Shown piece by piece: positions 1 through 14,290 of a DNA stretch of 64,000 nt. Position numbers and translations under genes: made by a program. Numbering within the stretch: the first letter of the stretch is position 1; each line of letters starts with the position of its first letter. The notes under the pieces are model-generated. The model saw only the letters and a list, made by a program, of their open reading frames with translations. It made no database searches and was not told where the DNA came from. The DNA is from the human T2T-CHM13v2.0 reference genome, Homo sapiens: assembly GCF_009914755.1 (NCBI RefSeq), contig NC_060945.1; one strand, 5' to 3'.

Positions 1-160
1 GTTTACTACCTGTGTGGCCAGTGTCTCAATGTCCTCATTTCTAAGGTGGGATAACAATATCTACATCACAAAGGTTATTTTGAGCTTTAAATAAGATACA
101 GATTTTTAAAGTGTTTAACATAGTACTTGGGATGTAGTAAGTGCGTAATAAATGTTAAGT
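1..160 (+). mobile_element. MIR SINE fragment (3' half)
   Basis: cctcatttctaaggtgggataacaatatctac...tagtaagtgcgtaataaatgtta resembles the MIR core and 3' end. Confidence 0.75.
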
Positions 161-743
161 ATATGTAGATATTTATTTATATATCTCCTAGAGAAAATTC
201 CCTGCCCCAAAACATGTGTTTCTAATCTAAATAACTAAATAACTAGGTGATAAATTCCTGAGTATAAGATTAGAAGTCTGCTGAAAGGGGAAGGAGATTG
301 TGGAGAGGACTCTGTTGAGTGTCATCCTCTATAATAGTGTGACCAAAGAAGGCTGTCTAAACTGTGCTTCACATAGAATTTTCCAGTTCTATCTGACATT
401 CCAAAAAGAGGGGTCAGAAATGAGGCCCCAAAATAGCCTTGTGTATGTGTTTATGTTTATAAATGGTTGATTTATTACATAGTAATTGGTAAGTTTATGG
501 AAGTATGTAAAAGATATACACAAAAGGCAAATCCACTTTATTGTAAGTTGGACTGACTTTTATTGTGGACGTTCAGTGTTGATCTTTCCTAGATTGCAAT
601 AATTCTACCTGTGTGACATCTTTTCTATCTGTACAAGTTGAAACAGTGTCAACAATAAAATAAAAATGAGTATGTGGCTGTTATTTAACCATTTAAATGC
701 ATCTCCAGATTCGTTATCTTATTTGATACTTTAACACACATTT

Positions 744-776
744 ACACACACACACACACACACACACATTCACACA
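744..776. repeat. (AC)n microsatellite
   Basis: About 12 uninterrupted AC units plus a degenerate tail. Confidence 0.95.
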
Positions 777-1049
777 GAGATCTTGTGAGGTAAGAATGGC
801 AGACCTTGCTAATCTTATTTGACTTTTCTCTGAGCTATTGTATTACCTCCTTAAAAGCTTTCCTGTCTGTAATCTTTTGCTGTTTCCATTCTTCTTACTA
901 TTGCTGAATAATTATCATCAAGCATCCATCATCTCTCTACTTCAGAAGAGTTTAATTATTTCTGATTATTATTCTAAGTACCAGAAATAGTAAAAAGAAA
1001 TAATTAATCAAGAAAATAAATAAATAAAATATGACACATCTTTTCCCCT

Positions 1050-2555
<1,506 letters not shown>

Positions 2556-2655
2556 CTGGTGTTGTGGACTAAACTATTTCCCTTAAAATGTGTATGTTTA
2601 AGTCCTAACAGCTAGTACCTCAGAATGTAAACAATTTGGAGATAGAACTTTGGTT

Positions 2656-3205
<550 letters not shown>

Positions 3206-3435
3206 TACAAAACTAAACAAAATGAGTTGTTAGAGTGGAACCTGATCTAATCTGACTGGCGTCTTTATATGAAGAAGGAATTTGGACACACAGAGGGACA
3301 CCCTGGGTTAGTGAGCAAAAAAGGAAGACCATGTGAGGACACAGCAAGAAGGTGACCGTCTGCAACCAAGGAGAGAGGCCCCAGAAGAAAAAAAGACACT
3401 GCTAACACCTTGGTCTCAGTAAGAAAATTAATTTT

Positions 3436-3757
<322 letters not shown>

Positions 3758-3916
3758 TCAGTCAGTGGCGTTTTGTGATGGCAGCCCCAGCAAATTAATT
3801 AACCTGGGAAGGAGGTAATTTTATGAAAAGATGAGGACTAAGTTGGAGCAATGGATGTGGGTCACTCTTATAAGCTTTACAGTTAAAGGCAGCATTTTTT
3901 AGAGTAGAGAGAAATT

Positions 3917-4127
3917 TTTTTTTTTTTTTTTTTTTTAAGATGAAGTCTACCTCTGTCGCACAGGCTGGAGTGCAGTGACGCAATCTTGGCTCTCTGCAAC
4001 CTTGTGCCTCAGCCTCCTGAGTAGCTGGGATTACAGGCGCTGGTCTCAAATTCCTGACCTCAAGTGATCCGCCCGCCTCAGACTCCCAAAGTGCCGGGAT
4101 TACAGGCATGAGCCACTGTGCCCTGCC
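3917..4127 (-). mobile_element. AluS with two internal deletions
   Basis: Both Alu ends present but the linker and part of the right arm are missing; TSD GTAGAGAGAAATT at 3904-3916 and 4132-4144. Confidence 0.9.
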
Positions 4128-4211
4128 AAGGGTAGAGAGAAATTCGACGTGGAGAAACAGCCTTAGGGTTTGTTGGCTGGTTTCGTTTTGTTTCAGATAG
4201 GAGACAAGTGA

Positions 4212-4286
4212 GCATGTTTATACACTAAACATGTTTATACATATTTTTATACACTAAGCATGTTTATACAAATGTTTATACACTAG
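4212..4286. repeat. Short degenerate tandem repeat, core CATGTTTATACA x5
   Basis: Directly visible; units of about 12-17 bp. Confidence 0.85.
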
Positions 4287-4983
4287 TGAAGAAGGACTTT
4301 TTAATGCCCTAAAGTTCTAAGAAACCTCAAGAAGAGGCTAATAACTCATGCATTTCTTCATTTTGGACCAAGACACTGGTACCAGCCATATAGACAGCAG
4401 TAGGAATCATTCAGGGGATACAAAGGTATGTAAGGTATAGATATTTCACTCAAAGAACTTTCTCTGCAATGGAGAAAACAAACACATAAGCAGTATATTA
4501 CAGAGCAGTAGAAGGACTGTTAGGTTAAAACATACAGAAACATCTGGAAGAAATGACTACACTGGCCAGATGTGGTCTAAGAATGTTGTTTAGAGTAGGC
4601 TATACCTGACCTGAATATTAAAAGACAATATAAATTATTCAGCAAAAATAAATAAGGATAAGGTTAATAAGAAAATGATAAAGTAAGTTTAGTAGCTTTT
4701 GCAAAAGCAGGAAGGCAAAAGGATAGCATAGAACAATACTGTTAAGAAGATGTGCTTATTCTTTAGTTAGAATGAATTGCTTCTTTTATTTTCTCACACA
4801 CTAAATTAGTTTAGTTTGACTGAATTAGTTTAACTAAAGTGTGTGTGGGGGGGATTTAATAACTACACATTTGCAATAATTTTGCAATAACTATTTGCTG
4901 CAGTGCAAAACATCACTAATAAGATCTATATTGATTTGGGGTCCAGAGCATTTAGTTACAGGAATATCATAAAGGCTACCAAT

Positions 4984-5580
4984 ATGTTAGTTTCCTACTG
5001 TACACATTGCAGCAAGTTTAGTGGCTTAATACAAATTTTTCTTATAAGTGTGAAAGTTAGAAGTCTGAAATGGACCTCATTGTTTTAAAAATTGAGGAAT
5101 CAATAGGACGGTGTTTCTTTCTGGATCTTCTAGGACAGAAATGATTTCCTTGACTTTTCCAGCTTCTTGAGGCTGCCCACATTCCTTGGCTCATAGAGGT
5201 CTTCCATCGCCAAAGCCAACAACGGCCTTTCAAGTCTTCCACTTGTTGCATCACTCTGATACTGAATCTTCTGTCTCCCTCCAAATTTAAGAAACTTTCT
5301 GATTATATTGGGACTATGTGGGTAATCCCGGATAATTTCTCCATATTAAGGTTGCTAGCATAGTCACAGATTCCAGAGACTGAGAGGTGAACATCTTCGG
5401 GAAGCCGTTATTCTGCCCATCAAAGTATGTGCTCTGGTCCTGAAGATTCAAATTCAATCTACATGCAAAATACATCCACCTGTCTCATCATCCCCAAGAG
5501 TCTCAGTACCTTACAGAATCAACTCGAAGTTCCAAACATCTTTTACTTCTTATCAACTCTACTATATGGAGAAGATTTTT
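4984..5580 (-). mobile_element. MLT1D-like LTR (4984-5424) plus adjacent MLT internal fragment
   Basis: ttccttgacttttccagcttcttgaggctgcccacattccttggctcat, end ttattctgcccatcaaa, then atgcaaaatacat...ccccaagagtctc. Confidence 0.75.
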
Positions 5581-6789
5581 GGAAGTAAAGGATGTGTGAA
5601 ATTATTTGTATATTTTAATTATTTAATTGCATGTATTTGATAACAATTTAAATGACAACAATTTTGGTCAATGTAAAAGAAATGTTTAGTTTAAGTCTCA
5701 AAACTGATGTTACGAACATTGTTATGTTCATAAATGAGGGTAACAGACTAAAAATAGCGAGTACACTCTATTAGTATCTCCTGTGGACATTAGTATCTCA
5801 TGTGGATCAATTGGGAAATCATTATTCCTACAATAAATTTTCAGAAATAAATCTGAAAATAAATCATGAGTTGTATCACATCATCAGTGTGCACATTTAT
5901 GGAAATGTAATAGAATGGCCATAGAATATAGGTTATGCTTATAGAATTCTACTCCAGGAACTGGAAAATTTACAGCTGCCTAAACTTATCACTGAACTCA
6001 AGAAATAACCCCTTCAGATATTTTCCATGAAGCTTTACTCAGAGTTTACCACAGGGCTTAAAAGACTACTGAAACTACACTTGGAGGCCTTAATATTTTT
6101 GAAAGAAGGAACATTTTATAACCAGAAAATTAAAAATAATATTATTAAATTTGTGATCAATCTATAGACATTTACTTATGGCAGAAGGGTTGCTTGGGAA
6201 AATGATTTATCTTCCATCATCGCATATTAATAAGAAACCAGAAAATAGCTTCCTTCTGCCAATCTTGACTGCTAATGATAATTACAATAATTTGTCTGGT
6301 CCCAGTTGTGGGAGGAACGCCATGATTTCTTGTAACTCTCTGTGCAATGTCATCAGCTCTCTTAAAAACCCTGAAACTTGTGTGCTATTTCACTTTTCAC
6401 ATTCTTTTCCTTACCCAAAATTACTATAGCAGAGCTAGGTTTCGACCTCCAGTTTTTCTAATTCAAAATCCTATACATTTTTTTTCACTTGTCTCAACTT
6501 GAAAAAAACAGCAATGGTAGATGTTTTCCAGGGAAACTGGCATTTGTAGATATTGCAGCCAATTTGTGTGTGTGTGTGTGATGTTACATGTCCATTCACA
6601 AGTGGACACAGTTCATGTTTTCACTCAGATGCCCATCTTTAACTCTTTATCCAACTTCAATTGCCTTGCCTGTCTCTTTACATTTTAATTGATCAGTAAA
6701 TACAACCAATTCTGATTTTGAAAATTGCCTCAGCCTTTTCAGGTCTTCATTTCCTCTGTTATAGAGGAATATCATAGAGGTAAAGTGCT

Positions 6790-7265
6790 AGTTTCCTAAC
6801 AACATATTAAAGCTACATACAGTCAACATGACTTGTTGATATTGACCTTGGTCACCTAGTTAAGGTGGTGTTAGGTTTTTCCACTGTAAATTTACTATTT
6901 TTCAACTCTTTCCATATTGCACCCTTTGGAAGAAAGTCACTATTAACAGCTCATACTGAAGAAGTGAGTTGTTTTGATTATTTGGTATTCTTCTACAAGG
7001 CAGATTTGTTTCTTCTCTACTACCTATTCAATTGTGTATTGATATCTGTATGGACTCAGACATTGATTTTATAATTTGGACCATAATCCAATGCTACTTT
7101 GTTTGCTTTGTTGCCCAAATTGTTCTAGCTATGGACACTTGGAGCTTTTTCAGTTTGTTCCTCGGACCCTTTGACATGCCCCCATCATTGTGGGTTTTCT
7201 TTTCTTCCTTTTTTTTTTAGGACTTTCTGGCATTATAAGATATAGCCCTAGATTCAACTTGCATA
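6790..7265 (-). mobile_element. L1MC-type 3'UTR fragment
   Basis: gatattgaccttggtcacctagttaaggtggtg...tttccactgtaaa and ttgcccaaattgttctagct motifs. Confidence 0.7.
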
Positions 7266-7596
7266 TTTCATCTATTTTTAAGTTATTAAATAGCATTTAC
7301 TTTGTGATCCCATTTGGGGAAATACATGGAATTCAGATGCATGTATTATAATATGGAATAATATCAAACATTAATAGTGGTTATGCTATCTCCGGGTAAT
7401 CGTACTATTAGTGATTTAGTTTTTCTCTTTATGAATCTTTATTTTTATTATGACATATTACTTGTGTTAGAAATCAATAATATTGGATGATCAGAAAGGA
7501 AATAAAAATATTCTGAAGGCAATAATAACTTATTTATAAATCAGTGAAGCCTGTGTCTCTAGACTGACAGGACATGAGGCAATTTTAGAGTGGCAG

Positions 7597-7613
7597 GTGC
7601 CCTCTACTGGTCA
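7597..7613 (-). promoter_or_regulatory. Candidate CTCF binding site
   Basis: Minus strand TGACCAGTAGAGGGCAC closely fits the CTCF core (CCASYAGRKGGCRS) and lies in unique sequence. Confidence 0.6.
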
Positions 7614-8549
7614 GCTGCTCAAACCCTCTATAGACTAAGAGCTGCATCCTTAAAAACAAAAGCCCACCATTTTCTTAGCACTGATATCTCAGGAGGTAAA
7701 AAAGTACTTGGGCTTTTGCTAGAGATTACATAGCTACATATCTGAGGGGTCACTACGTGAACTTAAAAATTGACTCCTATAAATGTGAAGTCTGTACTGT
7801 GGATTGTGAATTAGAAATGGATATGTGTGAGAACAGGCCTAGAAAAATATCACACATGCTGACTTGCCAATGTTGGACCTCTTGAGTCTAATCTACAAAA
7901 AAATCTCCTTGGATGAGAATATTTTGTTCATGACCTCTCTGCTGAGAATGTGACCATGTCTGCTACAGAGCTTAAATAAATAATGCTGAGACTATTCATT
8001 ACAAAGCTCCCAAGGAGAAAAAAAAAGCAATTTATTTTATGTACTACCTTAATTAAGTTTAAACTGCCTAGTGTGAATTTTTGATGAAGAACAAAGATAT
8101 AATAAGTGATTTTGCCTAGGGAAGCTCATGTGCTGAGTCAATACTTATTGAGCACAGTTCTCTTTTATATTAGATGCTGCTCTAAGAAGCTGCGTGCAAT
8201 ACAGCATCAGATGTTGCAGAGCTCTGCATATGGGGGGCTTGCACTTGTGAGCAGAAACAAACAATAGGCAATAAACTTGATAAATGAGTAAATGACTTGA
8301 TTGGTAGCAGGCATAAAGAAAACCACAGTGTATTAAGGGCCACTGGGAGGAGTAGGGGTGGAGATGCAGCCAGCTTGCTGTACTAAGAGAAGAGACAGAG
8401 TAGGCCTCTTTAAGAAGGTGATGTTTGAGCAAACTAGCAATACATAAACAAATAAACCTTAAAATTCTTTTTTTTAAATTCTGAGAGTCATCTTTTATAT
8501 AACAAACTGTAGTTATTTCTAATTCCTCCTAGGATAAAATGAAAAAAAT

Positions 8550-9043
8550 TTAAGGAGGCCTCCAGGGCTTTGTAGATTCCAGCCTCAGCTTGGTTCTCCA
8601 GCCCATTTTTAACTAGCCCCTCTTTTTGTTTACTCTGTTTCAAGCATATTGATTTTTGTTTGTTTGTTTTACTTATTTTCTTTAATGACCAAAGCCATTC
8701 CCAACTCTGAATCTAAACACCTTTTTCCTCTGCCGGGATTCTGCCCTTGCCACCATTCCTACCCTTTAACTCTCAATTGAAATACCATTACCTCAATAAA
8801 ACCTTTTCCGGGTCACACCAACCATCTCAAACTAACAACTCCCTGAATTTCACCTTCCAATGTTACCATGGTTATATTTAAATTCCTACGTAGTGAATTT
8901 TGTCTTCTCCCAGCCTCTAGCCACACTCTACTCCTGGACCGGAAGCATTTTGAGATCAGGGGCTTCATCTTGACTGTCTTCCCAGCACTTCGTATGGTAG
9001 CTCATAGTAGTCGCTTAATGGATATTTGTTGAACAAATGAGTC
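8550..9043 (+). mobile_element. L2 3' region
   Basis: Ends catagtagtcgcttaatggatatttgttgaacaaatga (L2 terminus). Confidence 0.65.
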
Positions 9044-9527
9044 AAACTTTTTGTTTAGTTCCCTGCTGCCCCATATGGATAACCTTGATTATCTGAACAT
9101 TTAGGGGAAATCTCATGGAGGCACCCTTTTATAGTACAGAATTTCCCTCATGCCTTCTTTGCTACGAGGTAAATTTAAATCATGGGTGCAAGGAGTCAGA
9201 CATGACAGAGGCAGAGATTCTTGATTCAACAAGTATGTATGTCTATTTTCTCTTAGAAGCTCAAACTTTTGTATGTTCCACACTTTATATCACGCACAAT
9301 GATGGAATTATGGGAAAGTGAAACATCGTAGTTTTGATTATAGTGGTGATTAATTTGGCACCGGTCTCAAAGCCGAAAAGAGAAAGGGGGAGAAGAATGG
9401 GGAGAGTCCCTGAACAGCTGATCTATGCTGCCAAAAGACGCAGCTTCTCAAATTACTTGGAGGAGCCAGAGATCCCTTAAATAAAAGGAGAGGTGTCTAG
9501 GTTTGTGCATTTAAAGAGACATATTCC

Positions 9528-9713
9528 TTTAAAGCAAATTTTTCAGCGCTGACTACACATTAGAATCACTAGGAAAGATTTTATGAATACAGGATATACA
9601 AGTCATACCCTAGGTCAATTATATCAGAATCCCTAGGGCCAAGACCTAGGTATTGATGGTTTTTAAAAATTTCTCAGGTGTTTCTAATATACAACCAAGG
9701 TTGAGGATTACTG
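9528..9713. mobile_element. MER5-type hAT-Charlie MITE
   Basis: acattagaatcact...atcagaatccctaggg...caggtgtttctaat...ccaagggttgaggattactg. Confidence 0.8.
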
Positions 9714-10923
9714 ATTTAGATAAAAGCAATTTACTCTGTTAATATGCAAATATCTCTAGATGAGGATATATATATATATATGTAAACAGTTTAAATATAA
9801 TACACGTAATACTTATAAATAAATTAAATAGAAATTAAATAAAATGAAATATCAGATTCTTTCTAGTTTACCTGGTCAGTAAGAAAATGTTTTTGATGAG
9901 GCTAGACAGGGCGCTAGTGGGGGAGAGAAAGTTCTGGAGCACTCTTTCTCAATTGGGTAGTGAATGGCTGGGAAGGATTAGGAAAAGTTCTAGGATATTA
10001 GTAATCTAAAAGAAAACAGGGCAGAGTATGGAGGGGATGTGGACAGAAAAACCTGAAGTTAGAGATGACCATGTATATTTCAACATTCCACAAGTATATC
10101 TAGGTACGTACTGAATCCCAAAGAGAATGGGGCTCTCAAAGTCCACGGGCTGGAGAAAAAAATTTTTGTCCCCAAAGGGTCTGAGAGAGAGCAGGGAGTA
10201 AAATTGTATAAAAATCTGTTTGGGAGAAGAAGTCATTGGGGCCATGATCATAAAGCTAGAAACAAAGACCTTCAATTTATGTAATAATTAACAGCAGTGA
10301 CACTGTGCCTGTAAAGTAAATAGAATTGGATGCAACACACACACAAGATGGTGAAGCTTGTTTTGAGAAATCTATGCCTCACTGAATTTTATATTCTTGA
10401 AAGACATTTTCATCAGTTTAGATACTTGACTTCATCAACTGATTGACTTTCACTTAAATGTTACTCTTAATGCAGACTCTAACCAAAAATTATGACCATG
10501 TGGACTTAATTAAGTCTAAAGTGTTTAAAAATTATTTCAGACTCGAATCATCTACTATATTGTTCATACCAGTAATTATAATTAGGCAGGAAATTTAAGA
10601 AGACTATTGGAATATGAGAAGCAAGGAAGGTAACGTCTCCCTTATATAAAATAAATAAACTTGGATTTGAGATTCCCTAACTGTGGACATAGCTAGTCAT
10701 TTTGATAGAACAAGTTCCAGTTCTGCCACACTGGCATTCTTGGTAAGTACCACATATATAGCTTTTAATTTTGAACAAATACTCTGGTAGATAACAGTTG
10801 CTTCTCATGCCAGTTCAATTGAATTAGACCCAACTTGGCTTCATAGGTGCAACTGAGGATTAAGGATGGCAAGATCTCTCTGACATCCTCTGTTATTTAA
10901 TGTTGCCTAAGAAAGGAACATGG

Positions 10924-11212
10924 GGCCAGGTGTGGTGGCTCACACCTGTAATCCTAGCACTTTGGGAGGCTGAGGCAGGCAGATTGCCTGAGCTCCAGAG
11001 TTCGAGACCAGCCTGGCCAACATGACGAAACCTCGTCTCTACTAAAAATACAAAAAATTAGCTGGGCATGGTGGCAGGCGCCTGTAATCCCAGCTACTCA
11101 GGAGGCTGAGTCAGGAGCATAGCTTGAACCCGGGAGGCGGAGGTTGCAGTGAGATGGTGCGGCTGACCTCCAGCCTGGGCAGCAGAGAAAGACTCTGTCA
11201 AAAAAGAAAAAA
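10924..11212 (+). mobile_element. AluS
   Basis: Full dimer; TSD AAGAAAGG(A/T)ACATGG at 10909-10923 and 11213-11227. Confidence 0.95.
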
Positions 11213-11949
11213 AAGAAAGGTACATGGCAAGCCTACATACCAGGTGTATTTTCCAATAGTATTTCTAACTTGAGGCAGCTGAGCTCACATTGCACATAAC
11301 AAAATTATGAAAATGACAAAATGGAAGCTGAACTCAGAGACATCAGGAAACAGATACTTAAATATTATCAGACCTTACTCTCCATCCCATATCTGCCTCT
11401 CACTTGCTATCAACTTGACCATTTTCACCTGTGGCTTCAGAGGATAATGATAATATTTACTTAATTTAATGTCTCCTATTACAATTGGGTCAGATGTTTT
11501 ATGCACTTAAAAACTTACTGGCATCCATTTCATGCAATAAATTTAACACCAGATTGCCACTCAAAAGAAAGTATCAATTAAGCTGGAATATGTCAGCATT
11601 GGCAATACACAGATCAAACAAAAACACAAAATAATTTGGCTTACACTCTCTGCCTGTTAAAGTAACCAATGAAACTATTTTCCTGGGGAAGCTTTTCAAA
11701 GTATTTAGCCTGTCACAAACTGGCCCTTTGAAACTGTATTCCCAAAGACAAGTTGTAGAACCCAGACGGTCATTGAGAATTGTTGAGCCTGGAGGGTGAG
11801 AATTTGTGTCCACCACAGTCGAGAATCAGAAAGGAGGATAAGATGAGGAGAGAGAAGAAAACAATAGGTAAAGTCTGTGTAGTATGGAGGTGTGTTTCCA
11901 GAGGATATTGAAGAGCAAAGGAAACACAGGGATGGATGCTGGAGGCCAC

Positions 11950-12436
11950 TACTATGGACTGAATGTGTCTCCCCAAAATTCATATGTCGAAATCCTAATG
12001 TACAATGTAATAGTAATTTGAGATGGGCCTTTGGGAGGAATTTGATCATGAGAGGAGATTCCTTATGATGAGATAAGTGCCCTTATTTTTTTAAAAAGGA
12101 CAGAAAACAGCTTGCTTCTTCTTCTCTGCCTCTCTCTCTCTGTTTCTCTCTCTCTCTCTGTTTCTCTCTCTCTGTTTCTCTCTCTCTCTCTGTTTCTCTC
12201 TCTCTCTCTGTTTCTCTCTCTCTCTCACTCTCTCTCATTCTCTCTCTGTCCCACATGAGAAGACAGTGGGAAGATAGCCACCTATGGAGTGGAGGAGTAC
12301 CCTCACCAAAACTGATCTCAGATGAGACTGGAACCCTGATCTCAAACTGCCATCATCCAGAGCTATGAGAAATGTTTGCTGTCGAAGTCACCTCGTCTAG
12401 GGTAATGTGTTATAACAACCCAAGCTGATGAAGAAA
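11950..12436 (+). mobile_element. MLT1A/MST-like MaLR LTR
   Basis: ctatggactgaatgtgtctccccaaaattcatatgtcgaaatcctaa start; tgttataacaacccaagctga end. Confidence 0.85.
12121..12250. repeat. Compound (TC)n / TCTGTT microsatellite inside the LTR
   Basis: Repeated (TC)n-TGTT blocks forming a near-pure pyrimidine strand. Confidence 0.95.
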
Positions 12437-13781
12437 GCCACTGTCTGATTAGATGGGTCTCTCCTAAGGAATTGGTTTCTTGTTAGGTAATGTACCCTGG
12501 TATCAAGATTTGGAAAACAGTGTAAATATTAATTCAAAGTAATTATTTGAGCTGTGCTGGTAACTAGACCTACTAGAGTAATTCTGGCTCAAATAGTTCT
12601 TGTGATATGCCCTGCTTATTCTTATAAGGATTGAGAAGTTGACTAAAATTTGTCCATTATTTATTACCAGTGAACTCTGGTATTTCCTGAGGGTATTTTC
12701 TCAAACCTACTCGTTCCTTCCAGGCCTCTGCCACTTGCTCAATGTAGTATCCCAGCTCTCTGTCACTTTCCATGCCTCACCTCATGACGCTGCTTGCTAG
12801 TTCAGCCTCCCTCCTGGCATGGGCCAGACAGCAGCATATTCTCCTTACCTGCTGTCATGAAAGCTGTAATAACTGCAATGCCCAGTGCAAAGCTACCTAA
12901 ACCCAGGAAGAATCTGGCCTCCCCACTTACTTTCAAGGTGGGACTAGGTAACACAGTCCAGAAATGTTGAGGATTTCAGACCATTAGGGTATATTCGGCC
13001 ACTGAGAGTCAGGAGAAATTGAGGAGCCAACAAATTATGTCTTCACATTTACTCACTCTCTCCCCCACAGGATCACTGTGGAGAAGGTGTTTTCATTGGC
13101 CTCTGCACAGGCACCCTGCATCACTCATTAGTCAGTCGAGCTTCCTGGGGCCAGCTCAGTAGCATGCCAACTTGTATGTGATTTTCTTCCCCTCAACCTT
13201 AATGACCTGGTACTGCACCCATTCCTAAAGTATTAGCACACAAGCTTTCCTTTAGGCTCTGTTGGTTAGGGGCTCTTTGACTCATTACCCCTTCTACCCC
13301 AGCTCACATACACTGTTGCCCTGCCAAATAACATGTTTATTTCAGTGATGTCAGCAGGAACAGACATTCATGTCCAACTGTGTTGATTCCTTCTTTTAGT
13401 CTATCTTGGAAGTAGCGAAGAATTTCTGCTCTGGGGCCTCTCTTTCAACTGAGGACACACATCAAGACACAGCTGTTGCACCAGAAGCTGTAATTCTGCA
13501 GGCCTGCCAACTGGCACATTCCATCATATAACAAGAATTCTTGGGATGTGGAATCCAAAACACTGGCCAGAGACATAGCTTAATATCACTACAGTGGTGT
13601 GGGATGGAGTAAATATTAGTACTTGTTTTATTTTTTCTGGTAAGTAGAAAATTGGAAATGGTACCCTCTTATAGTTTCTTGCCAAAGATGGATGTTGGCT
13701 TTCCACAAAAGTGTAGAGCTACACAAGCCTTAGGATTCTGTTAAATTAATTCTAAATATCTGAGAAGAAAATTACTAATAA

Positions 13782-14290
13782 TGTGTCATGAATTAGTGAC
13801 TCCCAAGAATTGAAGTCCACAAGAACCTCAGAATGTGATTCTATTTGGGAAAATGATCTTTTCAGATGCAAGTAATTAAGATCTTCAGATGAAATCATAA
13901 TTCTGAACTTAGTATGGGTTCTAACTACAAAGACTGATGCCTTTATAAGAAGAGGAAAAAACACAGAGACATAGAGGTGAAGGTCACCTGAAGATAAAGA
14001 CAGAAATTGGAGTTATGCTCCCACGAGCCAAGGAAGGTTAGGGGCCCCCAGAGGTACAAGAAGAAAGGAAGTATTCTCTCCTTCCTTTGGAAAGAGTGTG
14101 GCCCTGGCTATATTTTGATTTTGGACTTCTAACCCCTAGAACTGTGAGAAAATACATTTCTGTTTGTTTTTAAATCAGTTTGTTGTATTAGGTTGGTGCA
14201 AAAGTAATTGTATTTTTTACCATTACTTTTAATGGCAACAATCGTTAATTACTTTCACACCAACCTAATACATTGTTAAGGCAGACCAAA
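13782..14290 (+). mobile_element. MLT1C-like MaLR LTR
   Basis: gaacctcagaatgtga, gacagaaattggagttatgctcccacgagccaaggaa and ctagaactgtgagaaaatacatttctg motifs. Confidence 0.85.
14188..14268. mobile_element. MADE1 (Hsmar1-derived MITE)
   Basis: TTAGGTTGGTGCAAAAGTAATT...AATTACTTTCACACCAACCTAA terminal inverted repeats with TA duplication on both sides. Confidence 0.95.

Noticed and set aside
12590-13515. Possible ancient LTR with a strong acceptor at ~13070
   Set aside because: GC-richer and LTR-like in feel, but I cannot assign a family or boundaries.
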